From an uncultured Armatimonadetes bacterium (GTDB taxonomy: Bacteria; Armatimonadota; UBA5829; DTJY01): a DNA stretch of 64,000 bases. The DNA is taken from assembly GCA_963717145.1 (NCBI GenBank), contig OY970325.1, forward strand, positions 2,752,001 through 2,816,000. Direction: 5' to 3'. A program made the translations under genes and the position numbers. Numbering within the stretch: the first letter of the stretch is position 1; each line of letters begins with the position of its first letter. Positions 56,991 through 64,000 of the stretch are shown piece by piece. A model generated the notes under the pieces. The model had not been told where the DNA came from, did not search any database, and saw only the letters and a program-made list of their open reading frames with translations.

Positions 56991-58394
56991 TCACTCTCTC
57001 GCCACGAGCCCGCTGCATCCCGGGGCATCGGGCTGCTTGAGGCAGCTCTCCACCAGGAACTCGGGGTAGCCGCCCGCCGCATCCTTCGCGCCCAGCTTGT
57101 AGAGTCGCTTGACCTCATCCGGGAACTGATCCGCCACGTTTGTCTTCAGAGTGGGATCCTTCTCCATGTCGAAGAGGAACGCGCCGCTCGAGTCGATCTT
57201 GCAGTTCAGCCACCACTTGCCGTCGATGACGGTGATCGTCGCGTTCCAGCCCACAGTGATGTGATCCCTCTTACCCGGCGCACCCGCGATCGCCGCCTTC
57301 CAGAACGGCTTGCCGTCGAGATCGGGGCTGAGTCCCGCGAAATCGAGCACCTGAGCGGCCACATCGTTATGGTTCACGAACAGGTCGCTTCTCTTCCCCG
57401 CGCCGATACCCTCAGGATGCCGGATGAGGAGCGGCACGTCGTAGACCGAGGGGTGCGACGGGTATCCCCGCTTGCCGAGGAAGTTGTTGTCGCCGATCGA
57501 GTGCCCGTGGTCGGCGGTCACGATCAGCATCGTGTTCTCAAGCAGGCCGAGCGCGCGCATGCTGTCATAGAGGTGGCCGAACCACCGGTCGCACATCGTC
57601 ACCAGGCCGCTGTAGTTCGCCTGGGCGCGCTTGAGGAGTTCCGGCGGCATGTTCGTCGTGTCGAGGTAGCCGGAGATCACCCACTCAGGACCGTCACCGG
57701 GATCGTACATCTTGCGGTAGTGCTCGGGCACGAACCACGGCTCGTGCGGATCGAAGCTCTCGATGGTGAGGAAGAAGTTCTCCGCATCCTTGTTCTGCTC
57801 GAGCCACCTGGCCGACTCAGCCAATACCCGCGGGGCGAAGTAGTCCTCCTCCTTCACGCGGTCGTGCATATTCATCAGGCAGTTGCGGATGAACTGAGTC
57901 CTGTACTCCGTGTGGAACTCCTTGGGGAGCCAGTAGTAAAGCTCCTCATCCGTCGGCACCGGGCCGCTGCGTTGTTTGTCCTGCTCCTGGCCGCGAAGGA
58001 ACGTCCACTGGTCGAAGCCGCGCCAGTAGTTCTTCGACGGCTTGAACATATGGTAGACATCGGAGACCAGCGCGGTCCGATAGCCCTTCGCCTGCAGAGT
58101 CTCGGCAAGAGTGTCCTGATCCTCAGGGATCGGACCCCAGCCGGTTGCGCCGACGAAGTCGCCCTTGAGCCGGAAATCTGAGTTGTGGAACGGGTAGACG
58201 CGCTTGCCGGTATAGAGCGCGCGCCGGGTCGGAAGTGTCGGCAGCGACTCGGGGTACATGCGGTCCATCACCAGCGACTCCTTCGCGAGCGCATCGAGAG
58301 TCGGCGTCTGGACCTTCCCCCACGGCGGCTGCTGACCGTAGCAGCCGACGCAGTCCTTCCTCAACGAATCGAAAACCAGCAGGATGATGTTCAT
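56991..58394 (-). CDS. Sulfatase-fold hydrolase with Thr at the formylglycine position
   Basis: VFDSLRKD, SLPTLPTRRALYTG, FDPHEPW, TADHG. Confidence 0.85.
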   Translation of the reverse strand: MNIILLVFDSLRKDCVGCYGQQPPWGKVQTPTLDALAKESLVMDRMYPESLPTLPTRRALYTGKRVYPFHNSDFRLKGDFVGATGWGPIPEDQDTLAETLQAKGYRTALVSDVYHMFKPSKNYWRGFDQWTFLRGQEQDKQRSGPVPTDEELYYWLPKEFHTEYRTQFIRNCLMNMHDRVKEEDYFAPRVLAESARWLEQNKDAENFFLTIESFDPHEPWFVPEHYRKMYDPGDGPEWVISGYLDTTNMPPELLKRAQANYSGLVTMCDRWFGHLYDSMRALGLLENTMLIVTADHGHSIGDNNFLGKRGYPSHPSVYDVPLLIRHPEGIGAGKRSDLFVNHNDVAAQVLDFAGLSPDLDGKPFWKAAIAGAPGKRDHITVGWNATITVIDGKWWLNCKIDSSGAFLFDMEKDPTLKTNVADQFPDEVKRLYKLGAKDAAGGYPEFLVESCLKQPDAPGCSGLVARE

Positions 58395-58444
58395 TCGGTT
58401 ACTCCTCGTAAATTCTGATCACATTAATTCATGTTCGATTCCGA

Positions 58445-58849
58445 TTACCGGATATCCTTGCGCAGGATCAGCTCCGTGGGCTCACCTGGGAGCAGGAGCG
58501 CTCCGGAATCGACGTAGCCGAGCCGTCTGTAGAAATGCTGCCCCTCCTCATCGGACTGCGTGGATGTCAGAACGTATTCGAACCCCCGCTCGCGCATGTC
58601 CTCTTCCCACCGCTCCACAAGGTGCCTGCCGAGTCCCTTCCGGCGGTATGGCTCGAGCAGATAGAGCATGTTCATGAAGGGGACGAGGTCCCAGAAGAGG
58701 CCGTATCGAAGCCAACCCACTGTGTCATCGCGGTCCAGTGCCATGTACACCTGCGAGTCGGCGATCTTCCCCTGCATTACCTCCCTGAGGACATGGTGAT
58801 CGTGCCGGATGAGGAACTCCAGGTCATCGATTGTCGCGAGTCGGATCAT
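58445..58849 (-). CDS. GNAT family acetyltransferase
   Basis: YRRKGLGRHL, QHFYRRLGY. Confidence 0.9.
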   Translation of the reverse strand: MIRLATIDDLEFLIRHDHHVLREVMQGKIADSQVYMALDRDDTVGWLRYGLFWDLVPFMNMLYLLEPYRRKGLGRHLVERWEEDMRERGFEYVLTSTQSDEEGQHFYRRLGYVDSGALLLPGEPTELILRKDIR

Positions 58850-59628
58850 GGCATGGGCTCTCCAGGCTTGGTGCAGACGAACACCGGAGCGGCACTGCGA
58901 GGGTCGTCCGAGGAAGCGCCCGCGTTGGTCTCTTCGTGCACCTCAAAGCCTGCCTCGCGGAGGGTCGTCCTCCAGGTGTCCAGGCTGAACAACCCGTCCT
59001 CACTGCGGTCGGTCTCGATCCGCAACACGCCGTTCTCTCGAATCAGGTAGATCAGCGTGAACTCGTAGGTATCGTCGGTCGGATCGGGGTCATAGTCATT
59101 CTCGACAAACGTGACCTCCAGGTTGTCGGGCTTGTCGGGGCTGTCCGCCACTGAGACCCGACTGCAGTTCTGCCGGAAGGTCTCCTTGACGAAGTCAGGG
59201 CCGATGACCATGACTCCGCCAGGGCGCAGGTGCTCGAAGGCGGTCCGAAATACCGCCGTCAGGTCGGATAGGTCTGATATATCGGTGATGCCGTCATCGA
59301 CGAAGATGCAGTCGAACTGCCTTCCGAGTGAGCAGTCGCGCATATCCGCCAGGACGAACTCGCAGTTCGGGTTCAACTTCTTCGCCAGGTCGAGCATCGG
59401 CCGGCTGATGTCAACGCCGGTCACCTCAAAATGCTTCTTAAGGTTATATGCGTTCGTCCCGCCGCCGCACGCCAGGTTCAGAAACGTAGTCGCCGGTATC
59501 TTCGAGTACTGCCTGATCAGGCGAGTGACGTTGTCAGCCCAATCCACATAGTCAGGATCAGTGTGGTAGTTCCACAACGGCCAAAGCCACGCCAGATCGT
59601 TGTATAGCCGGAAGCCATCACCGGTCAT
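58846..59628 (-). CDS. Class I SAM-dependent methyltransferase
   Basis: LNLACGGG, GVDISRPML, ADMRD, HLRPGG. Confidence 0.9.
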   Translation of the reverse strand: MTGDGFRLYNDLAWLWPLWNYHTDPDYVDWADNVTRLIRQYSKIPATTFLNLACGGGTNAYNLKKHFEVTGVDISRPMLDLAKKLNPNCEFVLADMRDCSLGRQFDCIFVDDGITDISDLSDLTAVFRTAFEHLRPGGVMVIGPDFVKETFRQNCSRVSVADSPDKPDNLEVTFVENDYDPDPTDDTYEFTLIYLIRENGVLRIETDRSEDGLFSLDTWRTTLREAGFEVHEETNAGASSDDPRSAAPVFVCTKPGEPMP

Positions 59629-59673
59629 GCCTTCTTCTCCATTGCAGGCTAAGAGGCCGGCACAACCAACGTC

Positions 59674-61089
59674 CTAGTACCGGTAGTGCTCGGACTTGAA
59701 CGGCCCGTCCACGGAGACGCCGATGTAGTCCGCCTGCCTATCCGAGAGCTTCGTCAGCTTCGCGCCGAGCTTGCTCAGGTGCAGCCGCGCCACTTCCTCG
59801 TCGAGCTTCTTATCCAGCATGTACACGCCGATCTCGTGATCGTTCTTCCAGAGATCCATCTGCGCGAGCGTCTGGTTCGTGAAGCTGTTGGACATGACGA
59901 AGCTCGGATGGCCTGTCGCGCAGCCCAGGTTGATCAGGCGGCCCTCAGCCAGCAGATAGATGGTATGCCCGTCCGGAAACGTGAAGGCATCCACCTGAGG
60001 TTTGATGTTCATGTGCTTGATCCCAGGCCACTCCCTGAGCTGCTTCACCTGGATCTCGTTGTCGAAGTGTCCGATGTTGCAGACGATCGCCTGGTCCTTC
60101 ATCTTCGACATGTACTCGGCGGTGATGATATCGCAGTTGCCGGTCGCCGTGACGTAGATGTCGGCGTGCGGAAGCGCGTCTTCGACCGTGGTGACCGTGT
60201 AGCCGGCCATGCAGGCCTGGAGCGCACAGATGGGGTCGATCTCCGTGACCCAAACCCGTGCCTTCAGACCGGAGAGCGATTCGGCGGAACCCTTGCCCAC
60301 ATCGCCGTAACCGCATATGAGGGCGATCTTACCTGAGATCATCACGTCGGTCGCGCGCTTGATCCCGTCCACCAGCGATTCCCGGCAGCCATAGATGTTG
60401 TCGAACTTGCTCTTGGTGACGGAGTCGTTCACGTTGATAGCCGGGAAGAGCAACTCGCCCTTCTCCATCATCTGATACAACCTGTGAACGCCGGTCGTGG
60501 TCTCTTCGGATACGCCTCTGATGCCTTTCACGATCCTGTGGAAGAATGTCTTGTCCTCCTCAAGCGCCTGCTTCAGCGTTCGGTTCACGATCGCCAACTC
60601 TTCGTTGTCCGTCGGCTCATCCAGTATGGAGGCGTCGTTCTCCGCAAAGTAGCCGCGGTGGATCAGGAGGGTCGCATCTCCGCCGTCATCAACTATCAGG
60701 GTCGGGCCGTTTCCATCGGGCCAGGTGAGCGCGCGCTTCGTGTACGCCCAATACTCATCCAGAGTCTCGCCCTTGAATGCGAACACGGGTACACCCGCCC
60801 GCGCAATAGCGGCCGCCGCGTGATCCTGAGTGGAGAAGATATTGCAACTCGCCCACCGCACGTCTGCTCCGAGTTCCACGAGGGTCTCTATCAGGACTGC
60901 GGTCTGAATGGTCATGTGGAGCGAGCCCATTATCCGGGCGCCTTTGAGCGGCTTCTGCGGGCCGTACTTCTCCCTGGTCGCCATCAGACCAGGCATTTCC
61001 TTCTCTGCGATTGCGATCTCCTTGCGGCCGAAATCGGCCAGACTGATGTCCTTGACGGCATAGTCCGCCGCCGGTGATTGGATGCTCAT
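59674..61089 (-). CDS. ahcY: Adenosylhomocysteinase (SAH hydrolase)
   Basis: [50 protein letters not shown]. Confidence 0.98.
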   Translation of the reverse strand: MSIQSPAADYAVKDISLADFGRKEIAIAEKEMPGLMATREKYGPQKPLKGARIMGSLHMTIQTAVLIETLVELGADVRWASCNIFSTQDHAAAAIARAGVPVFAFKGETLDEYWAYTKRALTWPDGNGPTLIVDDGGDATLLIHRGYFAENDASILDEPTDNEELAIVNRTLKQALEEDKTFFHRIVKGIRGVSEETTTGVHRLYQMMEKGELLFPAINVNDSVTKSKFDNIYGCRESLVDGIKRATDVMISGKIALICGYGDVGKGSAESLSGLKARVWVTEIDPICALQACMAGYTVTTVEDALPHADIYVTATGNCDIITAEYMSKMKDQAIVCNIGHFDNEIQVKQLREWPGIKHMNIKPQVDAFTFPDGHTIYLLAEGRLINLGCATGHPSFVMSNSFTNQTLAQMDLWKNDHEIGVYMLDKKLDEEVARLHLSKLGAKLTKLSDRQADYIGVSVDGPFKSEHYRY

Positions 61090-61148
61090 ATCGGATTCTT
61101 CCTTTCGTAGATGGTAACGAGTGACGAACTTCGCCGCTCAGTAGTCTG

Positions 61149-62240
61149 TCATGGATTCGGCAGTCTTAGCTCGACCGGGAGCATCTTCGTGAACTCCTTG
61201 TGCGGCTCGGTCTGATACCAGTAGGTCGTCGAACTCCAGTCGTCGCTTCGGTCGTTCGCATGCCCGTGCTCGATCGACACGCGGATGTTCTTCTTGAACG
61301 GGACCGGGTCGAGGATGTGGTATCGGTAGACACAGACCTTGCCCCATTCGTTCCAGCCCTGATCGAGTTCGCTCCACGCCTGACCGTTGTAGAGGAACGC
61401 GTTCTGCTGCATCCCCCACGCCTGGGCGAGGTAGTCCTCGCTCCCCGTGCCGTGCATGTCCGGCGGCCACTGACGCTCCCCGTCGCGGTCGATGAAGATC
61501 ATGTCGTCGCCTTCGCCCCACCAGCCCTTCGCGGTGTGGTCGATCGAGAAGTTCACGCCGACGTAGTGTCCGATCCCCTCGGCCTCCAGGATGAGGTAGT
61601 TGCCCTTATCGCTGAGGTTGATGCCCTCCGGACCGTCGTGCCGCTTCTTGTACCCCTCGGAGAACCAGACGCTGCCCTCGCCGGTCCAGCCATCAGCCGG
61701 GTTCTCTCTGCGCCACTTCGCATGGAAGCAGAGGACGTCGTCGCCGAGCGACTGGTGCTTCTGATAGTCGATGTAGAAGTAGAAGGCGTGTACCGGCTCG
61801 GTCTGCTCGTTGACGATCTCGACGCGTGCGTGCTTGCGGAACGGCATCTGGAACCAGCAGTTCATCGCCACTCCGCCGCCTACGACGCACTGCGCGAAGC
61901 TGCTCGTATTGAACGGCGCGCACTGGTAGGAGTAGGTCCGCGCATGGCCGAGCCCGAAGAAGTCGCCGACCGGCGTCTCGACCGAGGGCGTCTTCTCGCC
62001 GTCCCAGTATATGCGCAGGAGGAGCTTGCGCAGGTACAGCGGATCGGGCGATGCGATCGTGAACCAGATGTGGCTGATCGCGCCTGGCCCGTCGATCTCG
62101 GCGAGCACCTTGGTCTCACCAGGCGCGATCTCCCAGGCGTCGGCGTTTCGTCCTGAGACGTCGTAGCTGCTCACACGTGCGACCGAGAAGTCCTTGGCCG
62201 TCGTGAGCGCGGAAAGCATGTTGCACGGAACAATTGACAC
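61149..62240 (-). CDS. DUF2961 / GH172 family glycoside hydrolase
   Basis: SSYD..GRNAD, GPGAISHIWFT, WWGEGDDMIFID, HGTGSEDY, IEHGHAN. Confidence 0.9.
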   Translation of the reverse strand: MSIVPCNMLSALTTAKDFSVARVSSYDVSGRNADAWEIAPGETKVLAEIDGPGAISHIWFTIASPDPLYLRKLLLRIYWDGEKTPSVETPVGDFFGLGHARTYSYQCAPFNTSSFAQCVVGGGVAMNCWFQMPFRKHARVEIVNEQTEPVHAFYFYIDYQKHQSLGDDVLCFHAKWRRENPADGWTGEGSVWFSEGYKKRHDGPEGINLSDKGNYLILEAEGIGHYVGVNFSIDHTAKGWWGEGDDMIFIDRDGERQWPPDMHGTGSEDYLAQAWGMQQNAFLYNGQAWSELDQGWNEWGKVCVYRYHILDPVPFKKNIRVSIEHGHANDRSDDWSSTTYWYQTEPHKEFTKMLPVELRLPNP

Positions 62241-62287
62241 GTTTCATCCTCCTGGAACTCGGAATGCTCGACTCTCGAAAAACTACT

Positions 62288-62405
62288 CCGTCAGTCCTGA
62301 GTGCGCCGGTGAATGACGGCGTGTATCGAAGGACGGCCAACATAGTACCAGCCTGGCCGTCCTTCGATACACGCCGTCATTCACCGGCGCACTCAGGACT
62401 AGCGG
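62288..62405. repeat. Palindromic dispersed element, family B copy 2
   Basis: Perfect 47-bp arms at 62293-62339 and 62354-62400. Confidence 0.92.
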
Positions 62406-62445
62406 GGTTTCCTAGACAGTAAGGTACATCAATCGTACAAAGAAA

Positions 62446-63843
62446 TCAACCGTTGACCTCGCGGAACTGGCGGTCGTCGGTCCTCAGCCTGAAACTCAAC
62501 AACTCATGCTTTAGGCGGTCGGCCTCCCCCTTGGCGTCCGGTTTGCCCGCGAGATTCAGTGACTCGGTGGGATCATTCTTCAAGTCGAAAAGCTGCAGAA
62601 CGTCATTCCCCGCGTTCACCACCATCTTCCATCGTCGGTCGAAGATCATCGCACGGTCGTCGATCTCGCTGACGACGACCGATGATCCCACCTTCGATCC
62701 GTCGAGCGCCGGCCGGACCGAGTCCCCGAAGACATTTCGGTAGGGCTTCTCGCATCCGGCCGCATCGAGCACAGTCGCGGTCAAGTCCGGCAGCGAAATG
62801 AGGCCGTCGCAGGTCACGGCACTGGGAGCCCCTCCCGGCGGACGAAGGATCGCCGGCACGTGCGCCGCGGACTCGAAGAAGACCGATTTGCTGCACCGTC
62901 CCTTGTCGCCCGCCATCTCGCCGTGATCGGTCCAGAAGAGCACCCAGGAATCTCTTCCTCGCGTGGCATACCATGCCTCCAGTACCCGGCCCATCACCGC
63001 ATCCACGTGCTCCACCTTCGCCGAGTAGAGCGCGCGCAGGCGAGCGAATTGCTCGGGAGTCGTATTCGGATGAAAGCTCATCACCTTCTGATGGTACTCG
63101 AGCGCCGGGCCGGTGAGCCATTCGGGCGCGGGATCGCGGGGGAGCGCATCCGGCATGTCGGCGGACGGGTATGTGTCGAAGCGTTGAGGCGGGTCCCACG
63201 GATTATGCGGCCCTCCGATCCCGACGAACTGGTAAAGGGGCTTAGACTTATCCGATGACTTTATGTACTCGACCGCCTGCTGACCGATGAAGTCGTCGGC
63301 ATGCTTCCCCTCCGGAAGCGGCGACGCCCAGTGGGCGAGGTCTACGCCGACCTTGCTCCGCTTGAGGTAGTCCTCGATGAAGAGATCGTATATGCCGTTC
63401 GCCTCGAAGAAGTCGGTGAGGATCGACTTCGTGGTCCGGGTGGAGAACGGGCCGGTGGTCTCTCGGATGTCATCCCATCCGAGCGCGTGCATAAAGGGCT
63501 CCTCCTCACGGAGGTCCTTGTTGCCGCCGTGGGGGTGGAGATGGCTCTTCCCGATGTGGCACGTGTGGTATCCGGCCTTCTTGATGGCATGGAGGGAGGA
63601 GTCGCCGGTGTCCTGCAGGCGTCCGGTGTTCGTCCACATACCGAAGTTGTGCGGATACATGCCGGTCAGGAACGAGGTCCGCGCCGGCATGCATATCGGA
63701 CAACTGGTGTAGCATTGGGTGAACCTCGCTCCCTCGGCGGCAAGCGAATCGAGCGTCGGAGTGCGCACGTGCTTCGCGCCATAAGCGCCGATCCAGTCGA
63801 ACCGGTGCTGGTCCGTCATCAGAACGAGAATGTCTTTAGGCAT
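62446..63843 (-). CDS. Sulfatase (S1, Cys-type, choline-sulfatase-like)
   Basis: LMTDQHRFD, CMPARTSFLTG, GKSHL, PHNPW, TDHGE. Confidence 0.92.
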   Translation of the reverse strand: MPKDILVLMTDQHRFDWIGAYGAKHVRTPTLDSLAAEGARFTQCYTSCPICMPARTSFLTGMYPHNFGMWTNTGRLQDTGDSSLHAIKKAGYHTCHIGKSHLHPHGGNKDLREEEPFMHALGWDDIRETTGPFSTRTTKSILTDFFEANGIYDLFIEDYLKRSKVGVDLAHWASPLPEGKHADDFIGQQAVEYIKSSDKSKPLYQFVGIGGPHNPWDPPQRFDTYPSADMPDALPRDPAPEWLTGPALEYHQKVMSFHPNTTPEQFARLRALYSAKVEHVDAVMGRVLEAWYATRGRDSWVLFWTDHGEMAGDKGRCSKSVFFESAAHVPAILRPPGGAPSAVTCDGLISLPDLTATVLDAAGCEKPYRNVFGDSVRPALDGSKVGSSVVVSEIDDRAMIFDRRWKMVVNAGNDVLQLFDLKNDPTESLNLAGKPDAKGEADRLKHELLSFRLRTDDRQFREVNG

Positions 63844-63852
63844 CTGTAGTTC

Positions 63853-63955
63853 CTACTCGTACTCCTAATCGTAATCGTACTCGAACCCGGGCGAAGCATT
63901 GGCGCTGCGATTCGAGCACTTGCTGCTCGGCGATGGGCCAATGCTTCGCCCCTAC
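63853..63955. repeat. 6-mer tandem repeat (STAMTC x5) followed by a GTAG-type REP-like inverted repeat
   Basis: CTACTC GTACTC CTAATC GTAATC GTACTC; GGGCGAAGCATTGGC...GCCAATGCTTCGCCCCTAC. Confidence 0.78.
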
Positions 63956-64000
63956 ACATATTGGTCCGTGCCAATGTAGGAGGGATTTGCCGGGATGGTT

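Noticed and set aside
61090..61148. SAH riboswitch upstream of ahcY
   Set aside because: The spacer is only about 59 nt and I see no recognisable consensus; likely co-transcribed with the GH172 gene

Overview
A GC-rich bacterial chromosomal window; the gene mix (Tat/Sec-exported orphan glycoside hydrolases, several sulfatases, DUF4838 and URO-D-like proteins, a Tad locus) resembles Armatimonadota/PVC-type glycan foragers, which is an inference only. Contents: (1) a compact Flp/Tad pilus operon at 5.6-13.1 kb (flp-tadE-rcpC-tadZ-tadA-tadB-tadC-tadG/vWA) with no secretin, tadD or prepilin peptidase in the window; (2) many carbohydrate-active and hydrolase genes (four sulfatase-fold enzymes, GH4, GH127/146, GH172/DUF2961, GH5/GH42-like and NPCBM proteins, two DUF4838 proteins, an MFS transporter); (3) a lower-GC variable region at about 40.5-45.7 kb and four toxin-antitoxin modules plus a broken hicB across 38-57 kb, including an in-frame AbrB-VapC fusion and a MazEF cassette bracketed by a duplicated, synonymously diverged gene 3' end; (4) ahcY, methyltransferases and acetyltransferases; (5) a dense set of intergenic palindromic REP/REPIN-like elements of several families, some nested and some recurring 35 kb apart, with no transposase in the window. 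At least six genes carry single-base frameshifts, most likely long-read consensus errors. No rRNA, tRNA, CRISPR array, integrase or IS transposase was recognised.
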